Made by a program: the position numbers and the translations under genes
From: Kribbellaceae bacterium
GTDB lineage: Bacteria; Actinomycetota; Actinomycetes; Propionibacteriales; Kribbellaceae
Length of the DNA stretch: 24,000 bases
NCBI GenBank assembly: GCA_035650275.1
Contig: DASRHY010000205.1
Location: forward strand, 2,666 to 26,665
Reading direction: 5' to 3'
Part shown: positions 16,604 through 23,933 of the stretch, in pieces
Numbering within the stretch: the stretch's first letter is position 1
Layout: every line of letters starts with the position of its first letter
Notes under the pieces: model-generated
What the model was told of the DNA's origin: nothing
The model's input: the letters and a program-made list of their open reading frames with translations, nothing else
Database searches by the model: none

Positions 16604-18499
16604 ATGGACCAGTACCCACCCATCGCTGAGCACGGGCTGATCGGGGACCTGCAGACTGCCGCGCTGGTCACCACCGACGGCTCGGTCGACTGGTTCTGCT
16701 GCCCGCGGTTCGACTCCCCCAGCGTGTTCGCAGCCCTGCTCGACCACGAGCGGGGCGGCTCGTTCAGGATCGGGCCGACCGGCACCGACTACACGACCAG
16801 GCAGCTGTACTTCCCGGACACCGCCATCCTGATCACCCGGTTCATGACCGAGGACGGGGTCGGCGAGGTCGTCGACTTCATGCCCCCGGCGGGCAGCGAG
16901 CCGACGGCGAACCACCGGCTGGCGCGGATGATGCGCTGCGTGCGTGGACGGGTCAGTTTCGAGGCGACCATCGCACCTCGTTTCGACTACGGCCGGAAGC
17001 CGCATACTGCGCACCTGACCGAGCACGGCGGCGTCTTCGAGACCGACGACCTGACCCTCACGGTGCACGCGGTGCGCGAACCGGGCGACGAGCGGCTGGC
17101 CCGGATCACCGGGGACGGCAGCGACGTACACGTCACCTACGACATGGTGGCCGGACAGGTCAGAGGGCTGGTGCTGGAGTCCGCGGCGGACGGACCGCCT
17201 CGCGAGATCGGAGTGGCCGAGTTCACCCGGTGGTTCGACGACACGACGGAGTTCTGGCGCCGCTGGCTGTCGCAGTCGACGTACACCGGCCGGTGGCGGG
17301 AGATGCTGCAACGATCGGCGATCACGCTGAAGCTGATGACCTACGCGCCCACCGGAGGGCTGGTGGCGGCTCCTACGGCGGGGCTGCCGGAGCAGGTCGG
17401 CGGCGAGCGGAACTGGGACTACCGGTACACGTGGGTGCGGGACGCGTCGTTCTCGATCTATGCGCTGCTCGGCATGGGCTTCACCGAGGAGGCAGCCGCG
17501 TTCTGCGGCTGGCTGCGCGACCGGGTCCAGGAGAAGATCGGCGGCGAGGGTGGCCCGCTCAACATCATGTACCGGGTGGACGGGTCCTCCGACCTGGTCG
17601 AGGAGTCCCTCGAACACCTCGACGGCTACCGCGGCTCGCGACCGGTGCGGATCGGCAACGGCGCGTCGGACCAGCGGCAGATGGACATCTACGGCGAGGC
17701 GCTGGACAGCATGTACTTCGCCGACCAGCACGGTATCGAGCTCGACCACCAGACCTGGATCGCGCTGCGTAGCATCGTCGACTGGCTGACCGACAACTGG
17801 GACCAGCCGGGTGAGGGCATCTGGGAGACCCGCGGCGGGCAGCAGGACTTCACCTACGGCCGGGTGATGAGCTGGGTCGCGTTCGACCGTGCGATCCGGC
17901 TGGCCGCGGCGCGTGGACGTCCGGCGGCGGTGGACCGCTGGAGGGCGAGCCGCAACGACATCTACGACCAGGTGATGCAGCGCGGCTGGAGCGACAAGGT
18001 CGGGGCGTTCGTGCAGCACTACGGCGACACCGTCCTCGACTCGTCACTGTTGCGGATGGGAACGGTCGGCTTCATCGCACCGCACGATCCGATGTGGCAC
18101 TCGACCCTGGACGCGATGGATGCGGAGCTGGTGGTCGATAGCCTGGTCTACCGGTACGACCCGGCGGCGTCACCGGACGGGCTCGCCGGCGACGAGGGCA
18201 CGTTCTCGCTGTGCACGTTCAACTACGTCGACGCGCTGGCACGAGCCGGACGCCTGACCGAAGCACGGCTCATCTTCGAGAAGATGCTCACCTACGCCAA
18301 CCACGTCGGGCTGTACGCCGAGGAGATCGGCCTGACCGGCGAACAGCTCGGCAACTTCCCGCAGGCCTTCACCCACCTGGCCCTGATCGACGCCGCCATC
18401 ACGCTCGACGCGGCGTTGGACGAAGCGCGGACCAAGGGTAGGTCGTCGGCCACGGGCATCCCTCGTTCACGAAGCCGGCTGGCTCCGCCGGCGACCTGA
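16604..18499 (+). CDS. Glycoside hydrolase family 15 protein (actinobacterial trehalase / glucoamylase-like)
   Basis: N-terminus YPPIAEHGLIGDLQTAALVTTDGSVDWFCCPRFDSPSVFAALLD. The catalytic-domain motifs GGERNWDYRYTWVRDASF and GIWE.RG...FTYGRVMSWVA are typical of the bacterial GH15 family. ATG 16604 is preceded by AGGAG (16592-16596). Confidence 0.88.
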   Translation: MDQYPPIAEHGLIGDLQTAALVTTDGSVDWFCCPRFDSPSVFAALLDHERGGSFRIGPTGTDYTTRQLYFPDTAILITRFMTEDGVGEVVDFMPPAGSEPTANHRLARMMRCVRGRVSFEATIAPRFDYGRKPHTAHLTEHGGVFETDDLTLTVHAVREPGDERLARITGDGSDVHVTYDMVAGQVRGLVLESAADGPPREIGVAEFTRWFDDTTEFWRRWLSQSTYTGRWREMLQRSAITLKLMTYAPTGGLVAAPTAGLPEQVGGERNWDYRYTWVRDASFSIYALLGMGFTEEAAAFCGWLRDRVQEKIGGEGGPLNIMYRVDGSSDLVEESLEHLDGYRGSRPVRIGNGASDQRQMDIYGEALDSMYFADQHGIELDHQTWIALRSIVDWLTDNWDQPGEGIWETRGGQQDFTYGRVMSWVAFDRAIRLAAARGRPAAVDRWRASRNDIYDQVMQRGWSDKVGAFVQHYGDTVLDSSLLRMGTVGFIAPHDPMWHSTLDAMDAELVVDSLVYRYDPAASPDGLAGDEGTFSLCTFNYVDALARAGRLTEARLIFEKMLTYANHVGLYAEEIGLTGEQLGNFPQAFTHLALIDAAITLDAALDEARTKGRSSATGIPRSRSRLAPPAT

Positions 18500-18509
18500 G
18501 CAGCCCGGG

Positions 18510-19703
18510 CTACGGACGGGGTCCGCCGACCTCGTCCTGAGTGCGGGTTTGCCGGCGGTCGATCGCCACGGCGATGGCCGGGTACACCAGTACCGACAGG
18601 ACACCCGCTCCCACCAGCGCCGCGGCGTTCTCGGGGAGCATGTGGCCGGACTCGAGCCCGATCTCGCTGAGCGCGACGAGCAGCGGCAGCGCGGTCGACA
18701 CCAGGAACGCCAGCTCGACGCGTTCCACCCCCGGCAGCGCCTTCCGATACACCAGCAACGTCGGAAGGCCGCGGACGGCGAGCAGCAGGAGGAAGAAGAG
18801 GAAGAGCCGAGCCGGTGCCTCGAGGATGGAGCGCAGGTCGAGAGCCATTCCCGACGACACGAAGAAGATCGGGATGAAGAAGCCGTAGCCGACGGCGTCG
18901 AGCTTCCCCTCCAGGGACTCGACGTCCCCGGGCGCCCAACGGCGCAGCACCATACCCGCGAGGAAGGCACCCAGGACGACGTCGAGTCCGAAGTCGTTGG
19001 CGATGACCAGCAAAAGGAGCAGCAGCACGACCGTCCACCGCAGTGTGGTCTGCGCCGTCGCGTGCTGCCCTTCGGTGAAGATCCGCTGGAGCCGGCCACC
19101 GCGCGCCAGCCGTGGCACCTGGCTCAACAACCCGGCGATGGCGCCGACCGCCAGCAGTGAGATCAGCCCGAGGAACTCGCCGTGCGATCCGAGGAAGATC
19201 GCGATGGCCACGACCGGGAAGAGCTCGCCGACCGCACCGGCCGCGAGCACGTACGGGCCGAACTTCCCGCCGAGCATGTTGTTGTCGCGCAGGATCGGCA
19301 ACAGCGTTCCGAGCGCCGTCGTCGTCAGGCCGAGCGCGACCGGGACGAACGCGTTCACGAGACCGACGGCCGCGAGCGCTCCGACGACCACACCGGCCGT
19401 CGCGACCGTCACGAGCCAGCCTGTGATGGCGAGCTTGCCGGCCCGCTGACGGAAGGACTCGAGCTCGACCTCGTAGCCCGCCAGCAGGAAAAGAAAGCCC
19501 AGGCCGACGTTCGAGAGCAGCTCGATGCTGTCGGGGTCCGCCAGGTCGAGCACCTCCGGGCCGACGACCACGCCCCCGACGATGAGCACGACCACCTGGG
19601 GAATGCGCAGCCGCGCGAGCAGTCCCACGATGAGGGGCGCGAGTGCCGCCACCAGCGCGACGACCAGAAGGCTGTCCAACCCGCGACCGAGCTCGCTGCC
19701 CAT
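18510..19703 (-). CDS. Cation:proton antiporter (CPA2 / Kef-type Na+/H+ exchanger family), no KTN domain
   Basis: About 12 hydrophobic helices. The N-terminus (LLVVALVAALAPLIVGLLARLRIPQVVVLIVGGVVVGPEVLDL...LSNVGLGFLFLLAGYEV) is typical of this family. I chose the start at ATG (cat at 19701-19703); the 69-codon upstream extension is Arg-rich and non-homologous. It is convergent with the GH15 gene, with 10 nt between stops. Confidence 0.85.
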   Translation of the reverse strand: MGSELGRGLDSLLVVALVAALAPLIVGLLARLRIPQVVVLIVGGVVVGPEVLDLADPDSIELLSNVGLGFLFLLAGYEVELESFRQRAGKLAITGWLVTVATAGVVVGALAAVGLVNAFVPVALGLTTTALGTLLPILRDNNMLGGKFGPYVLAAGAVGELFPVVAIAIFLGSHGEFLGLISLLAVGAIAGLLSQVPRLARGGRLQRIFTEGQHATAQTTLRWTVVLLLLLLVIANDFGLDVVLGAFLAGMVLRRWAPGDVESLEGKLDAVGYGFFIPIFFVSSGMALDLRSILEAPARLFLFFLLLLAVRGLPTLLVYRKALPGVERVELAFLVSTALPLLVALSEIGLESGHMLPENAAALVGAGVLSVLVYPAIAVAIDRRQTRTQDEVGGPRP

Positions 19704-19798
19704 CGCAGCAGTCTGACTCCGCAGACGACCGGCGACCTCCCGCAGGAGGGATGATAATGGCCAGTCGCAGCGGGAACGGGCGCCGCTCCGCTCGGTGA

Positions 19799-19921
19799 CT
19801 ACGACCAGGTACCGCCGGCGTCGTCCGGAGGAGTGACGTACTCCGCCTCCCTGTTGCCGAGAGACCAGTCGATCGACTCGTTCTCGGTCACGGTGATGAA
19901 CACGTTGCACGGCTCGGTCAC
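19799..19921 (-). CDS. Candidate small acidic ORF (40 aa from GTG 19921, up to 51 aa from TTG 19954), unknown function
   Basis: Hand translation gives VTEPCNVFITVTENESIDWSLGNREAEYVTPPDDAGGTWS*, with most third positions G or C. It is below the ORF-track length cutoff. There is no convincing Shine-Dalgarno and I recognise no homology. Confidence 0.2.
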   Translation of the reverse strand: MTEPCNVFITVTENESIDWSLGNREAEYVTPPDDAGGTWS

Positions 19922-19925
19922 GCGC

Positions 19926-19988
19926 CTAGTGGGCTCGTCGTGGGCTGGCGGCAAGGCCCACTAGCTGCTGTGTTGCTAGGGGATCTAG
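19926..19988. promoter_or_regulatory. CTAG-containing palindrome cluster upstream of hicA'/hicB (candidate operator)
   Basis: There is a perfect 9-bp inverted repeat: ctagtgggc (19926-19934) and gcccactag (19956-19964). A second 5-bp repeat is ctagc (19961-19965) and gctag (19975-19979). Four CTAG tetramers occur at 19926, 19961, 19976 and 19985. gtgggct is repeated directly at 19930 and 19940. Confidence 0.35.
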
Positions 19989-20012
19989 CGTACGATCGTT
20001 GTGTTCAAGGCG

Positions 20013-20108
20013 ATGCGTCGGCGCGAGGTTGTGCGGGCGCTCACGGCGAACGGCTGCAACTCGATCGGCAGGCAGGTGGCATGCCTCGAGGAAGGATGGT
20101 TGTCATGA
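20013..20108 (+). pseudogene. hicA: hicA-like toxin remnant with an internal in-frame deletion (31 codons)
   Basis: Hand translation gives MRRREVVRALTANGCNSIGRQVACLEEGWLS*. The N-terminal part resembles the HicA start (..R.(L/V)(I/V)..L...G(W/C)). The C-terminal part resembles the HicA tail (..SI.(K/R)Q...L). The central roughly 30-35 residues that carry the catalytic His are missing. The stop TGA at 20106-20108 forms an ATGA overlap with the hicB start. Confidence 0.5.
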
Positions 20109-20494
20109 GCGCCTACAGCGCGACCGTCGTTCGCGAAAGCCGCTGGTGGGTCATCACGGTGGCAGGCATCGGCGTCACGCAGGCTCGGCGCCTCTCGGAG
20201 GTCGAAGCGCAGGCTGCGGGACTCGTCGAAGCAATGACTGGCGATGCCAACGCGGACATCACGGCGGACGTCAGACTCCCTGCTGGCGCGCGACGCGAAG
20301 TTGCAGAGGCGAGGCGCCTCACGGCGGCTGCCGCACAGGCACAGCTCGATGCCGCCGAGCGCACCCGGGCGGCCGTGCGCCACCTGCTGGAGTCGGGCAT
20401 GTCCCAGGCTGATGTCGCGACCATTCTTGGTGTGTCGCGACAGCGGGTGACACAGCTGGCCGGCCGCAGCCGCGAAGCGAGACTCGCAAGCTGA
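20105..20494 (+). CDS. hicB: HicB-family antitoxin with C-terminal helix-turn-helix
   Basis: N-terminus YSATVVRESRWWVITVAGIGVTQARRLSEVEAQAAGLVEAMTG is typical of actinobacterial HicB-like proteins. An Ala-rich helical linker follows, then the HTH SQADVATILGVSRQRVTQL. ATG 20105 overlaps the upstream remnant stop; ATG 20096 is an alternative start. Confidence 0.7.
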   Translation: MSAYSATVVRESRWWVITVAGIGVTQARRLSEVEAQAAGLVEAMTGDANADITADVRLPAGARREVAEARRLTAAAAQAQLDAAERTRAAVRHLLESGMSQADVATILGVSRQRVTQLAGRSREARLAS

Positions 20495-20498
20495 CCGC

Positions 20499-21410
20499 AT
20501 GCGAGTGGCGGATGAGGTGCGGGCGGCGCTGGCGGCGGGCGAGCCGGTGCTGGCGTTGGAGTCGACGATCTTCACGCACGGGTTGCCGCGGCCGCGCAAC
20601 CTCGAAGTCGCGCTGGGCGCGGTCGCCCAGCTGCGGGAGGCCGGTGTCACCGGCGCCACGATCGGGGTGCTCGACGGCGTACCGGTCGTCGGCCTGAACG
20701 ACGAGGAGATCGAGCGGCTCGCGACCGAAGAGGTCCGCAAGCTGAGCGTGCGCGACCTGCCGGTCGCCGTCGCGACCGGTTCGAGCGGCGGTACGACGGT
20801 CGCGGCGACGGCCTACCTGGCACACCGGGCGGGGATCGCGGTGATGTCGACCGGCGGACTCGGCGGGGTGCACCGCGGCGCGAGTACGACGTTCGACGAG
20901 TCGGCGGATCTGACCACGTTGGCAGTGACACCGATCGCTGTGGTGAGCTCCGGCGTGAAGTCGATCCTCGACATCGGCGCCACGCTGGAACGGCTGGAGA
21001 CGCTCAACATCCCGGTCGTCGGCTACCGCACCAACGCCTATCCCGGCTTCTACATCGCCGACTCCGGCTTCGCGGTCGAGCAGCGGATCGACGAGCCGGC
21101 CGAGGCTGCGGCGCTGATCGCGGCACGGGACGCGCTCGGCCTGACCGCGGCCGTGCTGATCGCCAATCCCGTTGCTGTCGGCAAGCAGCTGGCGCCAGAC
21201 CTGCACGACGCCGTACTCGCGGACGCCCTGGCCGCCGCCGAGCGGGAAGGCATCTCCGGGCACGACACCACCCCGTTCCTGCTCGACCACATGCAGCGGG
21301 CGACAGGCGGCGCGAGCCTGGACGTCAACGTCGACGTGTACCGCGGCAACGTCGCGGTGGGCGCGAGAATCGCCCGCGCCCTCGCGACCCTCAGAACAGT
21401 GGCGCGCTGA
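20499..21410 (+). CDS. psuG: Pseudouridine-5'-phosphate glycosidase
   Basis: Collinear PsuG/YeiN motifs: ALESTIFTHGLPRP.N, GGTTVAAT, MSTGGLGGVHRG, DESADL and VVSSGVKSILDIGATLE.LET..IPVVGY. ATG 20499 lies 4 nt after the hicB stop. Confidence 0.9.
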   Translation: MRVADEVRAALAAGEPVLALESTIFTHGLPRPRNLEVALGAVAQLREAGVTGATIGVLDGVPVVGLNDEEIERLATEEVRKLSVRDLPVAVATGSSGGTTVAATAYLAHRAGIAVMSTGGLGGVHRGASTTFDESADLTTLAVTPIAVVSSGVKSILDIGATLERLETLNIPVVGYRTNAYPGFYIADSGFAVEQRIDEPAEAAALIAARDALGLTAAVLIANPVAVGKQLAPDLHDAVLADALAAAEREGISGHDTTPFLLDHMQRATGGASLDVNVDVYRGNVAVGARIARALATLRTVAR

Positions 21411-21496
21411 AGGCCACCAGGCCGGCACCGGCGGCATTGGTGATGGCCGGGCCGGAACGCAGGCGGGCGACGTAGCTGACCGCGGTGGCGCCGCCT

Positions 21497-22933
21497 CTAC
21501 TGAGGGGGCCCCTGCCGATCCAGGGCGGGCCCTTGCTGAGCCTGAGCAGACCCCTGCTGAGCCTGAGCGGGCGCTTGCTGAACCGGCTCGACCTCGGCCG
21601 GATGGTCCAGCGGGTGGGCCAGCTCATCGGCGGGCATCCGGGCCAGCACGATCGCCAGTACCGCGAACACGACCGGCACGACGCCGGCCACGATGAAGGT
21701 CGCCTCCAACCCGATTGCGGCACTGACCGGCCCGGCGAGCGCCATCGAGACCGGCATGAACACCAGTGACACGAAGAAGTCCAGGCTCGACACCCGGCCC
21801 AGCAGCTCGGGCGGGACCCGGCGCTGCAGCAGCGTTCCCCAGATGACCATCGGGGCACTGAAGGAGGCGCCGATCAGGAACGCAGCGATCGCGATCAGCC
21901 AAACGTCCTGGGCGAGCCCGATCACGACGAACGGAAGGCAGCCGAGTCCCCACATCAGGTTCATCCAGGTCAGGTAGCGCCGGGGCATCCGGCGAGACGC
22001 CATCACCAGTGACGCCACCGCCCCGCTGACCCCGAAGGCGGCCATCACGATCGCGTGCTGCTGGGGACCGCCACCGGCGCGGTCCTTGACCACGAACGGG
22101 ATCAGCACCTCCATCGGACCCATGATCAGCAGGATCAGCACGGACGCGAACAGCAGCGTGGCCAGCAGCCACGGTGTTCGCAGCATGTACAGGAACCCGT
22201 CGCGCAGATCGCCGGCCATCGCCCGGACCGGGTGCTGCGGCTCGGCATCACGCTCGCGCCGTAGGGCCACCGGGCGCATCAGGAACAGGAACGCCGCCGC
22301 GACCGCCTGCACGCAGGCGCCGACGGTCAGGGCCGCTGCCGGCGAGTACGACGCAACGAGCACGCTGGCCACGGCCGGGCCGGCCGCCTGCATGATCGTC
22401 GGGCGCAGCATGCCCTCGACGCCGTTGGCCGCAAGCAGATGCTCGGCCGGGATCAGGGACGGCAGCAATGCCGAGTACGCCGGGTAGTAGAAGCCGGCAC
22501 CGATCCCCCGGACCAGCGCGGCCAGCGCTAGCTGCCAGAGCTCGATCGCGTCGGCGAGCGCCAGGACGGCGACGACCGCGGTGCATGCCGTCACTACGAC
22601 CTCTGTGGTCATCAGTACCCGGCGCTGTGGCACCCGGTCCGCGACCACGCCGCCGAGCAGCACTGTGGCGACCATGCCGATCGACATCGCGGTCATCACG
22701 AACGACAGCTGTGAGGCGCCGCCGCCGAGCGCGATCACCTGCCACACCACCGCGACCAGCCACAGCCCCTCGCCGAACAGCGAGGCGGTCAACGAGCCGG
22801 CCAGCAGCCGGTACTGCCCGTAGCGGAACGGCCGCAGTGGTCCGCGCAGCCAGCGCGGCGCCCGCTGCGACGTGGACTCCGCCGGTCGCTGCTGATCGTC
22901 GATGTCGGTCACCCTCTCACTGACCGCCGACAC
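21497..22933 (-). CDS. MFS transporter (EntS / MFS_3-like)
   Basis: About 12 TM helices. The N-terminal motif FRYGQYRLLAGSLTASLFGEGLW is typical of the enterobactin-exporter-like MFS subfamily. There is a Gln/Ala-rich C-terminal tail. The start GTG at 22933 is uncertain, with an alternative GTG at 22912. Confidence 0.85.
   Translation of the reverse strand: MSAVSERVTDIDDQQRPAESTSQRAPRWLRGPLRPFRYGQYRLLAGSLTASLFGEGLWLVAVVWQVIALGGGASQLSFVMTAMSIGMVATVLLGGVVADRVPQRRVLMTTEVVVTACTAVVAVLALADAIELWQLALAALVRGIGAGFYYPAYSALLPSLIPAEHLLAANGVEGMLRPTIMQAAGPAVASVLVASYSPAAALTVGACVQAVAAAFLFLMRPVALRRERDAEPQHPVRAMAGDLRDGFLYMLRTPWLLATLLFASVLILLIMGPMEVLIPFVVKDRAGGGPQQHAIVMAAFGVSGAVASLVMASRRMPRRYLTWMNLMWGLGCLPFVVIGLAQDVWLIAIAAFLIGASFSAPMVIWGTLLQRRVPPELLGRVSSLDFFVSLVFMPVSMALAGPVSAAIGLEATFIVAGVVPVVFAVLAIVLARMPADELAHPLDHPAEVEPVQQAPAQAQQGSAQAQQGPALDRQGPPQ
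21527..21589. repeat. About three copies of a 21-bp tandem repeat encoding the AQAQQG(S/P) tail of the MFS protein
   Basis: gggcccttgctgagcctgagc (21527-21547), agacccctgctgagcctgagc (21548-21568), gggcgcttgctgaaccggctc (21569-21589). By hand, identity to the first unit is 18/21 and 16/21. Confidence 0.85.
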
Positions 22934-22989
22934 CCCGTCAACTCATCGCGACCAGCCGATCCGAGCTGCTTGCTATCAGGTAGCACCCT

Positions 22990-23120
22990 GTAGCGCACCC
23001 GCGATCGCGATCGCCGAGGAACTGCCCCTGTTGACCACCAACCCCGACGACTTCACCGATCTCGCCGACCTCCTATCCGTCGTACCGGTCACTCGGCCGA
23101 ACGTCCCGCACGAACGCTGA
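22990..23120 (+). pseudogene. vapC: PIN-domain (VapC-type) toxin C-terminal remnant
   Basis: ..APAIAIAEELPLLTTNPDDFTDLADLLSVVPV.. matches the C-terminal strand-helix of VapC toxins (IAA.A......L.T.N..DF), including the last conserved acidic residue. The upstream part of the track ORF (22902-22989) is antisense to the MFS start and has no PIN features. There is no adjacent vapB. Confidence 0.5.
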
Positions 23121-23435
23121 CACCTGCCCCTCCGGCCACATCCCGCCGCAGCAACAGGAACTGGGGACGTCGCACAGCTCCTTGCCTGTGAAGTGTCTCC
23201 AGATGGTGTTCCGGCGGGCGGTGCCCAGTCCGGCCCCGGGCGAACGCGAGTGCACCGCCGCATGGTTTACTCAGACTGTCGTAGTTTTTCTGTGCACGTG
23301 GTTCACCTTTCACGCTCGCGGATCTGCTCGCGGGCGTTCTTGCTGCCTTACCTCAGGGCTTCGCAGCCAGGTCGCCCAGACTCCGGGCACCGCACGGTGC
23401 GGACCCGGATTTCATCATCAGGTAAGGAGACAGCC

Positions 23436-23639
23436 ATGGCGCAGGGAACTGTGAAGTGGTTCAACGCGGACAAGGGCTTCGGGTTCATCAACGTCGACGG
23501 CAGCACGGACGATGTGTTCGTGCACTACTCGGCGATCGAGTCCGACGGCTTCCGCTCGCTGGACGAGAACCAGCGGGTCGAGTTCGACGTCGCGCAGGGC
23601 CCGAAGGGCCAGCAGGCGGAGCGCGTCCGGGTGATCTGA
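23436..23639 (+). CDS. cspA: Cold-shock protein (CspA family, 67 aa)
   Basis: [18 protein letters not shown]...DVFVHYSAI contains the RNP1 (KGFGFI) and RNP2 (VFVHY) motifs. ATG 23436 is preceded by AAGGAG (23424-23429). Confidence 0.95.
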   Translation: MAQGTVKWFNADKGFGFINVDGSTDDVFVHYSAIESDGFRSLDENQRVEFDVAQGPKGQQAERVRVI

Positions 23640-23660
23640 CCCGGCCGAGGCGCACTGTCG

Positions 23661-23694
23661 CGATGCCCGGCGCGGAGTTCCGCGCCGGGCATCG
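23661..23694. terminator. Bidirectional intrinsic terminator hairpin (15-bp perfect stem, 4-nt loop)
   Basis: cgatgcccggcgcgg (23661-23675), loop agtt, ccgcgccgggcatcg (23680-23694). It lies between the convergent stops of cspA (23639) and the minus-strand gene (23709). The downstream sequence GTGTGT is only a weak U-tract. Confidence 0.7.
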
Positions 23695-23708
23695 GTGTGT
23701 CCGGATAC

Positions 23709-23933
23709 TTATGCGTCGGACAGCCAGGTATCAGCCGCCGCGATCTGCTCCGCGGCCACCGGCTCGGTGATCTCGGTTCCGGCGTCGTCGTCGTACTGCA
23801 CTATCCCGAACCAGCCGGTCGACTCGTGCGAACGGCCGATCAACCACCCGGGCCGCCACTTGCCGTGAGCCCAGACGGTGACGTGGCTCGGCAGTGGCAG
23901 CGTGACCGCGAGCCTGGGATCCACGTTCGGCAT
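23709..23933 (-). CDS. Hypothetical small protein (74 aa from ATG 23933; the ORF is open further, to GTG 23996)
   Basis: MPNVDPRLAVTLPLPSHVTVWAHGKWRPGWLIGRSHESTGWFGIVQYDDDAGTEITEPVAAEQIAAADTWLSDA*. Third-position G/C is high. GAAGG lies about 8 nt upstream of ATG 23933. I recognise no family. Confidence 0.45.
   Translation of the reverse strand: MPNVDPRLAVTLPLPSHVTVWAHGKWRPGWLIGRSHESTGWFGIVQYDDDAGTEITEPVAAEQIAAADTWLSDA

Noticed and set aside
21411-21496. Looked for a terminator hairpin between the convergent psuG and MFS genes.
   Set aside because: Only imperfect, mismatch-rich pairings are possible (ggccaccagg.. with ..ttggtgatggcc). Nothing is convincing enough to annotate.
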